Source: Octopus bimaculoides
Taxonomy: Eukaryota
NCBI RefSeq assembly: GCF_001194135.2
Contig: NC_068984.1
Coordinates: forward strand, 19,388,678-19,452,677
DNA length: 64,000 nucleotides
Direction: 5' to 3'
Shown here: positions 14,134 to 27,454 of the stretch, in pieces
Layout of the letters: the number at the start of each line of letters is the position of its first letter
Numbering within the stretch: the stretch's first letter is position 1
Made by a program: the position numbers and the translations under genes
The notes under the pieces: generated by a model
The model's input: the letters and a program-made list of their open reading frames with translations, nothing else
Database searches by the model: none
Told to the model about the DNA's origin: nothing

Positions 14134-14253
14134 TCAAAGCTGACCAACCAAACAACAACAACAGCCACTATGCCACCACCACCACCACTCTTCTTTAAGG
14201 TCAACTTTATCATCTTGACCAGAAACTCTGAACTCAGGAGATCTACAGATTTC
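14134..14253 (-). CDS. Candidate alternative terminal (or cassette) exon EICRSPEFRVSGQDDKVDLKEEWWWWWHSGCCCCLVGQL*
   Basis: Long T-rich tract plus tttgacag|GAA acceptor in phase 0 matching the upstream exon; 39 codons to TGA. Not needed for the spectrin chain. Confidence 0.3.
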   Translation of the reverse strand, partial: EICRSPEFRVSGQDDKVDLKEEWWWWWHSGCCCCLVGQL

Positions 14254-15600
14254 CTGTCAAACAAAATAACAAAAAGTAAAAAAAAAAAAAGGAAAAGAGA
14301 ATTGTGTCTTATTTAGTCCATAGCTTTAGTTTCATATTTTATTCATTGGCTAATGAAATCATTATGGAGGAAAGACAGAGCTTGAGGGAAAACATTGTAC
14401 AGGAATATACTTCTAAATTTAACAGCCCAAGATAAGCTAATGATAGAAAATTTAGTATTGCTGAACTATATAAGGTAAAATTATGTGAATGACTGCAGAA
14501 TGTATTCCTGTCAATAACATTTAAAGAATCAGTCTTCTTACTGGACACAGGCATGGCTGTGTGGTTAAGAAGTTTGCTTTGCAACTGCATGGTTCTGGGT
14601 TCAATCTCACTGCTTGCTACCTGGATTAGCTAATGCTTTCTGAGAGGAATATGGGAGGTAGAAACTGTGCAAAGCCCATATATGTATATATATATATNNN
14701 NNNNNNNTATATATATACATATATATATTGGGAATCCCTGTAATCTACAATTCCATTCTTCACAAATTGCTATATAAAATAAATAATTGATAAATATATG
14801 AAAGTTAATAGATAAATATCAAGGAAACCAGAATATCTTACATTTTAAGAATGAATAACCCTTGATATATTTGTTCTGTAAAGAGTTACAGGCACTCTTT
14901 TGTTGTTCTTACTGTTGAAAATGTAGTGAGCCAGTGACAGGCCAACTGGAAACTTGTAATCTATAATGCTATTGTTCACAAATTGCTACATAAAATAAAT
15001 AAATATCATCATAATGATTTCATGCCCATGTTCCTTGTTTGCATGAGTTGGATGGTTCAATAGGATCCAGTGGACCCAAGGACTGCATCATGTGCTACTG
15101 TCTGTTTCTGCATGGTTTCTACACCTGGATACCGTTCTTAAATGCCAACCACTTTACAACATGCTGTGGGTGCTTTTTGCATGCCAACCAGCAGTAATGA
15201 GGATGTCATGCACTTTGTAAGACTACAATCTTTGAATAAGGAGGAGGAATTTTAATCTAGATGAATATGTGGTAGAGAGGGGTAAAGTATGAGAGAAAGG
15301 GCTGAAGCAGAACAGGATTCTTGTTGTAGTGGAGTAACATGATAACTCCCATTTTAGAAGAGAGGGTGTAGTGGGAGAGTTTGAAAATGATAAAAAAAAG
15401 TGGTGATGAGGTATCAGAGTAGACCTTCATGGTATGAAGTGGGTAGGAATGAATTTGGGCAGGGGTACCAGGAGCGAGTGGGTGGAATAGGGGATGTCTG
15501 ATAGTGTGGAGAGGTGGGTGGGTGGCAGAACAGACATAATTATACACTTAAATAAATAATGATTAAAACAGAAATATACAAAATAATTTTTGCTTTTTAC

Positions 15601-15784
15601 CTTGTAATGTAGTAAAAGTTTCTCAGCTTCCTCCACAGAACTTCCAATTGGAGTAACAAGAGATGTTTGATTCTCGATCGATTCTAAGCATATTGATAGA
15701 CTTTGAACATTGGAATCAATTTCATCATGTTGACTCAGAGATTCCTGGAGCACCTTCAAAGAGTTAGACACTTCTTCGGAAACA
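15601..15784 (-). CDS. Spectrin-repeat gene exon (S)VSEEVSNSLKVL...LLLHYK, phase 2-0
   Basis: Acceptor gttttcag|T, donor AAG|gtaaaa, 184 nt; completes the AG+T codon left by exon 18538-18680. Confidence 0.9.
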
Positions 15785-17809
15785 CTGAAAACAAAAACAC
15801 ATTATAGATCAATCACTATTGAATTTTAAATAATCAATCAATATCTATTATTTTATTGGTTTCAGTAATTAAACTACAACCATACTGGGCACTGGCTTCA
15901 AAGATTTTTCATGTTTCTAATCTGTTTTATTGACACACCCACCTCCCTAGTACTTATTTCTGCCTGGTACTTATTTTGTCAATCTCTGTTTATTGAATCT
16001 CTAAGTTACACTCTGACATAAAGAGATACAACTAGTCACATTGGTTAACACAAATTGACACCCATACATATGTATATACACACATACATTAATGACAAAC
16101 TGGATGTTATCCACATGGGTGGGTAAATAATTTCTTTTGATAGAATTAAATAGCTTGATATCATAGTTTTCATGTGAATACACTTGCATTGAAACCTCTG
16201 GTATTGGACAATTGAATGTCACACACACACACACACACACACACAATGGCCTCCAATGCAGTTTCCATCCATCAAACTCTGTTCACAAAGAACTAATTGA
16301 TCTGAGGCCACCATAGGAGAAACTTGCCCAAGTTATTGTGCAATGAGATTGATCCCAGAACCCTATACTGAGAAGCAAACTTCTTAACCATGAGGCTAAA
16401 GTCTGCACCTATATTCAACACACCTATATTTATATGCACCTATATTTATATGTTATATCATGTTGATCATTAGCTACATAAATGAAAGAAAATGTCTATT
16501 CTGAGAGTTGAAAGTTATTGCATATTTAGTTCCTGGAAAATATCACACCCCTTTTCTTTTCCTTTTTTTTTTTTTTGTTATAACTTGAATAATAGAAAGA
16601 TACAATTTTGTTTTAGAAATTTGTACTCAGTGTATATTAGAACAGTTTGAAGTTTTAGAACTTATCTTTTAAGTCTTCTACAATGATATATGAGTTTGAC
16701 ATCTGTTCCTGGTGTTGCTTTGAAATTCAGAATAGCTGACAGAACTTAAAATTTGCTCAACAGTAAGATCACTTTAAAAAGATGGTCACTTTTTTTTTCT
16801 GTTATATACTTTATATTTTTTCACTACTTTATAATTCATGACTGACAGAACTTCCATGTGACAACTAAGTTCCATTTAGTTGTCATATGGAGAGATGCTA
16901 ATAAAATAAAAAAAAGTGATTGCGTTTACAACTATTTTCCCAATGCTAATATAAGCTGGACAGATCTATGTGACTTCCTCTCATCACTTGGCTACACCAT
17001 CAGTTCTCATTCTATAAAAAGTCACATTTTTTCCTAGTTTTCTTTGGAATGTTTTCTCAAATCATCAATTAACAATATTTTCAAACACAATGTTATAAAC
17101 AATGAGGAAGCTGCTTTGTGGTCACTTAACTTACAAAAAACTGTAACCAAATTCACTCCAAACCATATCTTAAAACTGAACCAAGGAAGGGCAATATTAT
17201 CCAATATGTCACAAGAAACTGACTCAACCCAAATAAAAATATATTATATATATACACAATCTGTAAAGTAGTTAGGGTTAAGAAGGGCTTCCAGCAATAG
17301 AAACTATGCTGAAGCAGACAATTTGTTAGTTCCCATCAAAGCATTCAACCTAAGCGAGCATGAAAAACAGATGTTAAATGCTGCTGCTGATGTCAATGAG
17401 ATATTCACACACACATGCACATGGTTTTAGATTCAATCCTACTGCATGGCACCTTGAATAAGTGTCTTCTAGCATGGGCTCTGGCCCAACCAAAGCCTTG
17501 CGAGCAGGTAACGTAGACAGAAATTGAAAGAAGTGCATTGTATATATGTGTGTGTGTGTGGGTGTGTGTAGATAACAAAATGATATATATATTTCATTAT
17601 ATGTATGTAAAGTACAACCCACTAAGTAGCCAAGAAATAACCTGGAACATCTGATGGGAGCTAAAAATGCACCATCAGAAGGAACCAGCCTTGGCATTTT
17701 GCTCAGAGAAATTCAGTATCTGCCTGGATATTATATCCCTCTTCTTACTATACATATATATACATACATATACATACATACATATATATATATACACACA
17801 CAAATATCT

Positions 17810-18070
17810 GGCTTGTGCGGGTGGCACATAAAAGACACCATTTCGAGCGTGGCCGTTGCCAGTATCGCCTGACTGGCCTTTGTGCAGGTGACACGTAAAA
17901 GCACCTACTACACTCTCTGAGTGGTTGGCGTTAGGAAGGGCATCCAGCTGTAGAAACTCTGCCAAATTTAGATTGGAGCCTGGTGTTGCCATCCGGTTTC
18001 ACCAGTCCTCAGTCAAGTCGTCCAACCCATGCTAGCATGGAAAGCGGACGTTAAACGATGATGATGATGA
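17810..18070 (+). mobile_element. (GAT)n-tailed retroposon (family C; other copies ~390-440, 6640-7030, 9550-9750, 25370-25560, 38508-38690, 46140-46290, 49345-49660)
   Basis: Shared ttggcgttaggaagggcatccagctgtagaaac...ccaacccatgctagcatggaaagcggacgttaaacgatgatgatg; (GAT)n end conserved, other end variably truncated. Confidence 0.8.
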
Positions 18071-18105
18071 TATATGTATATATATATATATAAATAAATA
18101 CATAT

Positions 18106-18357
18106 NNNNNNNNNNNNNNNNNNNNNNNNNNNNNNNNNNNNNNNNNNNNNNNNNNNNNNNNNNNNNNNNNNNNNNNNNNNNNNNNNNNNNNNNNNNNNNN
18201 NNNNNNNNNNNNNNNNNNNNNNNNNNNNNNNNNNNNNNNNNNNNNNNNNNNNNNNNNNNNNNNNNNNNNNNNNNNNNNNNNNNNNNNNNNNNNNNNNNNN
18301 NNNNNNNNNNNNNNNNNNNNNNNNNNNNNNNNNNNNNNNNNNNNNNNNNNNNNNNNN
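18106..18357. other. Assembly gap (others at 14698-14707, 27238-27247, 34877-35044, 38448-38466, 62071-62290)
   Basis: Runs of n. Confidence 0.99.
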
Positions 18358-18442
18358 CTCTAGGGATGAGTTACCTATACAGCAAAGTGCTTTACTGGTG
18401 TCAAATCAATGATCACTCTCTGATCAGCCATAACAGACAACC

Positions 18443-18485
<43 letters not shown>

Positions 18486-18537
18486 ATCTACATATAAATG
18501 TATGTATGTATCTATGTATAAATATATATGTCCATAC

Positions 18538-18680
18538 CTGGTTGTTTTACTGTTTAAGTCTTTGATTTGTTCTTGTATAGTTTGGCTATCAGTTGCAGAC
18601 AGATGTGGTTGCATTGCAGTAGAGATAGTTTCTGTGTCAGACAGAAGAACAATGTTTTCTTCGCATGTTTGATTCAATTC
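18538..18680 (-). CDS. Spectrin-repeat gene exon ELNQTCEENI...NSKTT, phase 0-2
   Basis: Acceptor tttttcag|GAA, donor CAG|gtatgg, 143 nt. Confidence 0.9.
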
Positions 18681-18867
18681 CTGAAAAAAGAAGTTAGTCC
18701 TTTCATTTAAGATTCTCTAAAAAGAAATTGTGTGGGGGGAAAAAAAAACAAAAAAAGAAACATATCTTTTACTTGATTAACTCAACAAGTTATAATATTT
18801 TTTCATAAATAATGTTAACCAACAAGCAAGAAAGGAGCAAAATATTTGCAAAGATCTGTTAGCTTAC

Positions 18868-19073
18868 CTGATATTCTTCAACTTGCTTTCGAAGAACTGA
18901 TGTGGCACAATCGGTGTGGATAGGATTTGAAGATTTCATTTTTGTAGTTTTGTACCATTTCTTAAGTTGTTCACAATTTGACTCATATTTACAAAGATGG
19001 TTAAAGAACAACTCCACATCACTAAGGTATGTTGTAATTTGCTGTTTAAGTGAATTATAACGAGTCTCCAAAC
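18868..19073 (-). CDS. Spectrin-repeat gene exon (G)LETRYNSL...KKWY...VEEYQ, phase 1-0
   Basis: Acceptor tattccag|GT, donor CAG|gtaagc, 206 nt. Confidence 0.9.
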
Positions 19074-20596
19074 CTGGAATAGAGAAAAAACTTAAGGTGA
19101 CAATTTAATTCATATTATTACGAACTAGCTGTGTGGTTAAGAAGTTCACTTCCCAGACAAGTGGTATTGGATTCAGTTTCACTAGATGGCATGAGACCTT
19201 AAGCAAGTGCAACTGAACACTCTGCTATACCCTGTGTCAATCAAAGCCTTGTGTGTGTGTGGATCTGAAAGAAACATGTCTTATATATATCTATATATCC
19301 TTATCTAAATCTATCTGTCTGTCTACCTATCTATGTATGTATAGTATCTATGTATGTATGGTATCTTTCTATATATCAATAGAGTATCACACAAAATATT
19401 TTGTGGTATTTGTTCCAACTCTTTATTTTCGAAATCCTACCAAGATCAACCATGCATTTCATTCATTTGGACTCAAAAAAAAAAAAAAAAAATACCAATC
19501 TATTCCTGTGGATTGGCACAATTATAAGAATGATGAATTATATGGCTGGTGGTGGTCTGATGGTATTTCTCCTGGCTTTTTACATTCTGCATTCAAATCC
19601 TACCATGACTCATTCGGTGGCAGATTGAATTAATACCACCACCTGGCTCCTCGGTGCCTATAGCAATGTCCCCTTCATTACAAGCATTGTAACTGTCTTT
19701 AGTTTGAGGATAACTTCCTTTCTCACTCCTTCCCATCAGTTTTGGAGGCTCTGTATGGTACCATACTCTGTATGGTATCACTGTCTTCTCTTCTAAGAAA
19801 AACAATATCTTTATTTAACCCTTTATCATTTAAACTGGCCATATCTGGCCCTAACATTCTATCTGTTTTATATTCAAAGTGACCAGATCCACCCTCTCAC
19901 ACCTACCCTACAATGTCATTCTAAAAGTAAACAATAACATTATTGAAATCTCAAAGCTACAAGATAATGCATGATTAATTCAAAGCAATACCAATAAATA
20001 AGCAATACAATAGATAGAGAAACCTGAATGCTTAAGAGTTAATGAGCCTTTCTTTATAAACATGTTAAAATCATTATAATTCAGAATTAAAATTTTAGCC
20101 ACTAGTAATATGACAGTGAAGGTGCACAGCTCAGTGGTTAGGGTATTTGGTTTATGATTGTAAGGTCATGAGTTCAATACCTAGCAGTGCATCATGTCTT
20201 TGAGTAAGACACTTTATTTCACATTGTTTTAGTCAACACAGCTGGCAGAAATGAGTAGTACCTGTATTTCAAAAGGCCAGCCTTCTTACATTCTGTGCTA
20301 TGCTGAATGTCCATGCGAGTGTGTGGAGTACTCAACCATTTGCACATTAATTTCACAAGCAGGTCGTTCTATTGATCGGATCAAATGGAACGCTTGTTGT
20401 TTGTAACTGTCAGAGTGCCAGTCAATACAACACTGAATCCTCCATGATCATGGCAGGTGAGCAAGTATCTCATGGAGTTGGGAACTGGCTAGGAGATGGC
20501 TTAGAAGGTCAACTGGAGTGACCTGAGCAAAAACCAAACAAAAGGTGGATACATGCTTGACCTGACCCAACCAATATATAAACACAATTTACTCAC

Positions 20597-20717
20597 CTGA
20601 TAATTTATGCTGTAGCTCTGCCTGAGATTCAAGACAACATTGGTTACTTATGGTATTTCCTGTTTTTAAGACTGATGCCAAGGGAACTTCATATTTTTCT
20701 ATTTCCACTTTAAGTTT
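20597..20717 (-). CDS. Spectrin-repeat gene exon KLKVEIEKYEVPL...QHKLS, phase 0-1
   Basis: Not in the ORF track. Acceptor ttgttttag|AAA, donor CAG|gtgagt, 121 nt; supplies exactly the phase 1 required by exon 18868-19073. Confidence 0.88.
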
Positions 20718-21880
20718 CTAAAACAAAAAAAAACAAAAAAAAAACATAGTGATCAACTCTACCAACTTGAAATTTTGAAGAAATATGGAGAAAAGAAGTT
20801 GATTAATCCTTTAGCATTTAAACAGACCATATTCAGCCCTAATTTTCTGTCAGTTTTGTGTTCAAATCAGCCAATTCTGGCCTCGCACACCTACCCTACA
20901 ATATGAAGCTGACATAAGCAATCACATCTTCGAATAACAAAGTTACAAGATAACACATGATTTAATTCAAACCTATGTGAATAAAGAGGCATACATTTGA
21001 CAGAGTAATCTGAATACTAAGGGGTCAACAAACAAAATGTTAACCCTTTCATTATCATATTTCTAAAGAAATACATTCTGTCCATTTCAATTCATTTTGA
21101 AAATAATGAAGACTTGAGTAAAATTTATCATTGTTTAGGGTGGTGTTTAGAACATAACATGAAATTCTGATGGAAGTCTTTAATTTTTGTCACTTTAAAA
21201 CAGGAAGTTTGTTTCAAAGCACCAGGGGTAGTCTCAGGAGGGTCAGTATCAAAAGAGTTAAAATTATCAAGATAACTTAAATGTGTTTAATTCAGTATTT
21301 GTTTGAAATGAATACATAACAGATATTTTTTGTGTTACTGATGTATGCAGCATAGGAGGTGTATAAACTTTTCATATACATGAGGTTTATCAGTAGTGTA
21401 AATTTATGTCTAGTTAAATATATATAAATATTTATTTTATTGCGTGTGTGTCCGCACGCATGTGTGTATATATGTCTTGATTTGGGTTTTTTCTTTATGT
21501 CATTTAATTTACATTATATTATGTTATGACTCTATATTTGATATAATTCCATTCAAAATATTAAAATATATTTAAATTTATTGAGAAATTTGTTAAACTT
21601 TGCACAAATATGTGTTTTCATTGTTTTTGTGAAATATTACACGCACTCATACACATATGCATGTTTGTGTATATTATGTATACATGCATGAATGTATAAA
21701 TGTGTGTGTATATATGTACGTATGTATATATATATATATATATATATACACTACACACACACGCACACACATATGCAAATATGTATGTATTTTATGTATG
21801 TAGGAAGGCATGCAGTAATAAAGCCTAAGACTACATGGTAATCATACACTTTTCCAAAAAAATAATATAGATGTTAATAC

Positions 21881-22213
21881 CTTGATGCCTTCCTTTTGAC
21901 CTTCAGTTGATAAATGGTTCAAGCTGAATGTCTGGAATCTCTGGATATCCAGCTCAGTGTTCTGTAACCACCGTGTTGTGTCTTCCATGTCTTTGTTAAG
22001 AGAGATTCTTTCAGAATGGTATTTCTGCCACCTTTCTAACATTTGAACTAAACTCTCCAGCATGTTTGGATAAATAGTTTTGATGTCAGCCAGCCATTTC
22101 TTCAGTTGCTTGTGAACCTGGCTCTTTGCAGAAATGTTCTTCAGTAATATTTTGCCATTCTGACATAACTGGGTTATAGGGGCCTCTTCCTTCTTCATTT
22201 CAATTTCCAGATT
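21881..22213 (-). CDS. Spectrin-repeat gene exon NLEIEMKKEE...ERWQKY...RWLQNTE...EGIK, 111 aa, phase 0-0
   Basis: Extends ORF 21842-22198; acceptor gtcaatag|AAT, donor AAG|gtatta. Confidence 0.92.
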
Positions 22214-22510
22214 CTATTGACAGAATAATGGTTAGTAGTTACACATTGTAAAAATATTGATTTCAAATTTTTGCACAAGGCCAGCAATTTCAAGGGAAGG
22301 AGTAAGTTGATTACATCAACCCCAATTATTAACTGGTACTTATTTTACCAACCCCGAATGAATGAAAGGCAAAAAGTCAGCCTCGGCGGAATTTGAATTC
22401 AGAACATAAGGCAGACAAAATACCGCTAAGCAATGTTACCTGGTGTGCTAATGATTCTGACAGTTCGCTGCTGTACTCATTGTAAAGAAGAAAAAAATAT
22501 TGAAAAGACT

Positions 22511-22897
22511 GTTGTTGTTGGCACTCTGTTGCTTACAACATTGAGGGTTCCAGTTGATCAGATCAACGGAACAGCCTGCTCATGAAATTAACATACAAGT
22601 GGCTGAGCACTCCACAGACATGTGTACCCTTAACGTAGTTCTCGGCGATATTCAGCGTGACACAGTGTGACAAGGCTGACCCTTTGAATTACAGGCACAA
22701 CAGAAATAGGAAGTAAGAGTGAGAGAAAGTTGTGGTGAAAGAGTACAGCAGGGTTCGCCACCATCCCCTGCCGGAGCCTCATGGAGCTTTAGGTATTTTC
22801 GCTCAATAAACACTCACAACGCCCGGTCTGGGAATCGAAACCGTGATCCTATGACCGCGTGTCCGCTGCCCTAACCACTGGGCCATTGCGCCTCCAC
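22511..22897 (-). mobile_element. Young tRNA-head SINE (family E)
   Basis: A/B-box-like head ggaggcgcaatggcccagtggttagg...ggtttcgattccc, CpGs retained, 12-bp TSD attgaaaagact. Confidence 0.85.
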
Positions 22898-25639
22898 ATT
22901 GAAAAGACTATAAACAACAAAAACATATATTCAACACAAAACTTCTAATCCATCACACAGTTTAACACCTCTACGTGATCCTTGGATGTCTCTAACAAAA
23001 TATACTTTGTTACCAGTGTTCAGGCTAGATCTTTGGTTTGAGAATGTCTTACTCTTCCCACACATTATCCTTGGAAACCCTGTAAAGGGGGTCAGAGGCA
23101 TCTCTTTTCCTTCTGATTGATTGATGAAAAGAATGAAATAAATACACAAGAACATGAAAATTTTTCAAAGGAAAGCCAACTTAATTATGATTTTCAGTAT
23201 TATGGATCACAATCATGGCTTTTAAGGTAAATTAAATGATGAACAGTGATTGCTGTTGTTACATTTAGCAACAGATAAGAAGTACAGAACCAAATCATAG
23301 TTGTTCCTGATGAACGAATATAATTTGGTAACATGTCTCATGTTTTTGATAACAGGCCCCTGAGAGATGGTTAGACCTGGCAGGAATGCAATCCAGGTGC
23401 CAAAGACTGAAACAGATAGAGATCTCTCATTGCTTCCCAACCACATAATGGCTTGCTGGTTATTTGGAATAAATAGTAAAGTTCAGAATATTTTAAAATA
23501 AAAATCAGTCCAGGGAACTATAATAAAATACCCCAAGACATCAATAGTTGAAAAATAAGGCAAAAAATATACACTCAACATCATGTTCTCATCCCCAGCA
23601 TTTATTTTACTCTGAGCCTGTTTTGTCTGGCACTCTGATAACAAGAACAGAGGAATGGGAGCTCTTAGTGAAATATGATGCATATGTATGTACCATTTCT
23701 TCCTGCTCAGTCTGTCTTGTTCTCTCATATACCTGTATTTCAAAGGGCCAGCCTTGTCACATGGGTACCTGTGTTTGTACAGTGCTCAACCATTTGCATG
23801 TTAATTTCATGGGTAGGCTGTTTGGTTGATTATATCAACTGGAACACTTGTTGTAACCAACAGAGAACTAGGCCCACATATAAACATATATTATCCATAC
23901 ACACACACATACACATATATATACACAGAGATAGACAGATATATATATATGACATAAATATATTCCAAAGTAGAAAAAGAGAAAATGGGAGATTATTACA
24001 CGAATTAAAATATGAATTAAGACTGTATGAAAACCACAACCTTTTGGTCAAGTTTATATAAATTCAATCATTTAAACAGTAAACTTAACGCTTTGCAAAC
24101 ACTTGATTCTTAATTTGAATGCATGCAGTTTAACAGTTGTGATCAAACAAAGGTACAGTATATATATCCAACATAAAATGACAATAGATTTTTGTAATTA
24201 TTCAACAAACGAAGTTTAGGAACATCATTTCTCTCAGCAATTGTTAGATATTATAATTTTTATTGCTGGATTATTCAGAGAGAATTGTATTACCAATAAT
24301 TTTGGCTGATATAAAAACTTTCCTTTATTTCTTCTTGTTTTAGAAAGGCGTCACTATATCCATCTATATTTATAAAACAGTTAAAATTTTCTGGTGTCAT
24401 TCACTTCATTTTGATTAGGTGATAAACCCAATTACAAAGTGAAAGTAATTTCATTCAATTTTGGATTTTCTTAATTTTGAAACCTTATAGTTTATAATAT
24501 AGGACATGGTGTTGCAAGAGAATCACATTCCCACATTTCTATAGACCCATATGCCAACACACACACACACACATATATATTCTAGGCATTCCATTGGTTA
24601 TCACAAAGATTTCTGTTGATCTGATAAATGAAACAGCCTGCTAATGAAATTTAATGTGCAAGTGGCTGAGTATTCCACAGACATGTTAACCCTTAACGTA
24701 GATCACAGGAAGATTCAGTGTGGTATAGAATGTGACAAGGCTGACCCTTTGAATTACAGGTACAACTCATTTTTAGCAGTGAGCTGACTGGAGCAACATG
24801 AAATAAAGTTTCTTGATTAAGGAAATGTGCTACCAGGGATCGAACTCATGACTCTAGGATTGTTAGCCAAATACCCTCACTACTAAGCAAAGTACCTTCA
24901 CTATACATATACATTACCCTACCCTCTCAAAGAGTTACAATACTCTATGCTTACCTTTTCCACATCCTTACAGCCTACCTCACCTTGTCATCTTTCTTGT
25001 CCCCCTCCCCATCAGCTGTATCATTACTATCTTGCTGCTCTCTCCCCACCTGCATTCCTCTATCCTTCTCCAACCCTGAAACCCTATTCAATTTTTACAG
25101 TTGAAGGTTGCCTCCCCATCCTCTCATCTCCTGCTCCCCATACAAACTTGCAATGCTCTCCCCCACATGTCTACTCACCTTGGTTCTTGAGGGGCCACCT
25201 GCATGCCTCACCCCTAATATCTGTTCCTTAGCAGCCCCTACTAATAATTCTCTCCCTCTGCTACAAGAACCTGCTCTGTCCCCAGTCACTCAATCATAAT
25301 TTAATCCCTCATCCCCAACATAAAGCTGACCCCTGTGTCCTCCAGGTTCATAGTCTTGCAAAGTGCACGACAACCACATTACTGCTGGTGCACAAAAAAG
25401 CACCCAAGACATGGTATGAAGTGGTTAGTGTTAGGAAGGGCATCAAACTGTGGAAACCATGCCAAACAGACACTGGAGCATGATGCAGTCTTCAGCCCAT
25501 CAGATCCTGTCAATGCATCTAAACAATGTCAGCATGAAACATGGACATTAAATGATATGACAGGCTTCTTTCAGTTTTCATCTACCAAATCCACTCACAA
25601 GGCTTTGATAATGACAGAAACCGGAATAAGAGCAAAAGA

Positions 25640-25960
25640 ATAAAGATGACGATGATAATGATGATGATGGTGGTTGTGGTGGTGGTGGTGGTGATGATGG
25701 TTGTAGTGATGATGATAATAATGGCGTTAAAGTAATGATAATGATGGTGGTGTAGGTGATGGCAATGATGACGATGGTAGTTGTGGCGGTGATGATGATG
25801 ATGGTGTTGAAGTGGTGATAATGATGGTGGTGGTAATGATGGTGACAATGACGATAATGATGGTGGTGGTGGTGGTGGTAGTGTTGGTGACAAAGGTGAT
25901 GGTGAGGATGACAAAGATGTTGGTCATGATGATGACAATGATATCACTGGTGAAGAAGAA

Positions 25961-25992
<32 letters not shown>

Positions 25993-26010
25993 CGATGACA
26001 ACGATGATAT
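25640..26010 (+). repeat. Compound (GAT/GGT/GAC)n trinucleotide tract; a similar tract lies at 35500-35800
   Basis: Direct inspection; explains the spurious poly-I/T/H/V ORFs. Confidence 0.9.
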
Positions 26011-26038
26011 AGAATAGAAATAAGATGAGATTACTTAC

Positions 26039-26249
26039 TTTGATATCGTTCACCCTTTTGCTGGCATCACTGACCAGATAGGAAATATTGTTATCTTGAC
26101 TAGAAATATGATTGGACATTTCTTTGAGCCAGGCCAATATACCGTCGACTTGGTTTTTGAATTCTTGAATCGACTGATCATTGGTACTAGTGGCAAATAG
26201 CTGCTTATTGGCTCTTGTGGCCAATTCATCACACTTTTTCTCTGCACAT
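26039..26249 (-). CDS. Spectrin-repeat gene exon (R)CAEKKCDEL...LAWLKEM...VNDIK, phase 2-0
   Basis: Acceptor gttatctag|A, donor AAA|gtaagt, 211 nt. Confidence 0.9.
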
Positions 26250-26518
26250 CTAGATAACAAGAGATTTTTTGAATTATATTTTCAGCAAACTGATTGCAGT
26301 CAATTTGGTTGGATGGCTTGAAGATAAAATGCTAGCATAGGATGTTTTATAGTGTATTTCATGGTTCAGTGAATTATAGTTCTGAATTGTGTAACGGTTA
26401 ATTGTGAATGAGTTTAATCTGTCCAGTATCAATAAGATATGTATGGAAAAGAAAGGAAGTTAGAAAGAAGAGGGGAGAAAAAAGAGTGAAAGGTGGAGAA
26501 AGAGTAAAGGGGAGAGGA

Positions 26519-26646
26519 GATGAATAAGAGAGGGTGAAAGAGAAAAAGCAAGGGAAGAGGAGGAAATGAATAAGAGAGGGTGAAAGAGAAAAAGCAAGGG
26601 AGGAGGAGGAAATGAATAAGAGAGGGTGAAAGAGAAAAGCAAGGAG
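26519..26646 (+). repeat. Purine-rich ~45-bp minisatellite x3
   Basis: atgaataagagagggtgaaagagaaaaagcaaggga.gaggagga repeated. Confidence 0.85.
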
Positions 26647-26806
26647 ATAAAAGAAGTTGATTAAATGAGAAAGAGCAAAAGAGTATATAAGCAGGGTGAT
26701 ATAAAAGAGAGGGGGAAGCATAATGGAAAGAAGTAAATATGAAATAGAGAGAGGGAGTGTGATTAAAAACATGCAAGAATAGAATTTTAAATGATGCAAG
26801 GGGGGA

Positions 26807-26875
<69 letters not shown>

Positions 26876-27076
26876 AACGAATAAGAATGGATGATGAGAT
26901 ATAGAGAAAAATTAAATATAGAAGTAGTTTGTATTTATTTTGCTGGAACGGTGTAACAGTTAAGGATTCAATATGTGACCTGGATACAGCGACAGACATT
27001 GTGTAATAGGTGATATGAGCCAGTGGGAGGGGTTGTTTGTGAATAAGATTCTTGCGAGCAAAAAGAGACTGTGACA

Positions 27077-27300
27077 TACGAGGGGGTGCTGAGAAGTTTC
27101 TGGCTTTGGGTAAAAGGAAATACAGGAGGATCAGTTAATTATGATTTTATTCAACATATTCCTCTCTCAGATTCACACACTTATTGTAGTGGTCTTTCAG
27201 TTTTTCTAAGCCTTGTAAAAGAACTCAGAAGGTTGGGNNNNNNNNNNTGGGCTTCCAGCCAGGCTTTCCATGATGCCCTTAAAGCCAGCACCCCTTCGTA
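27077..27300. mobile_element. Mariner-type MITE
   Basis: TA-CGAGGGGGTGCTG ... CAGCACCCCTTCG-TA terminal inverted repeats with TA target duplication. Confidence 0.8.
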
Positions 27301-27335
27301 GAAGAGACAGTTGTTATTTTGTGAGTGATACTCAC

Positions 27336-27454
27336 CTGACTTTGTCATCCACCAGTTGTACATCATGGATGCTGAGCGTTTTAGTGATGGTTTCCTGTTT
27401 AGATTTAATTTGTTTCAGCTTGTTGCTGCTTGACTCAAGTTTATGAGATAGTTT
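27336..27454 (-). CDS. Spectrin-repeat gene exon KLSHKLESS...VDDKV, phase 0-2
   Basis: Acceptor ctttgcag|AAA, donor CAG|gtgagt, 119 nt; AG+A gives Arg at the junction with 26249. Confidence 0.88.

Noticed and set aside
22840-22897. tRNA-like A/B boxes here and at 33366, 44940 and other SINE heads
   Set aside because: They are SINE heads continuing into repeat bodies, with no complete cloverleaf.
22931-23155. ORF MFLCIYF...EGKEMPLTPFTG... with acceptor-like tcag near 23112 and a phase-0 GT after GNK
   Set aside because: Flanking rod exons join cleanly without it, the acceptor is phase 1 (stop after 6 codons in phase 0), and the peptide is not spectrin-like.
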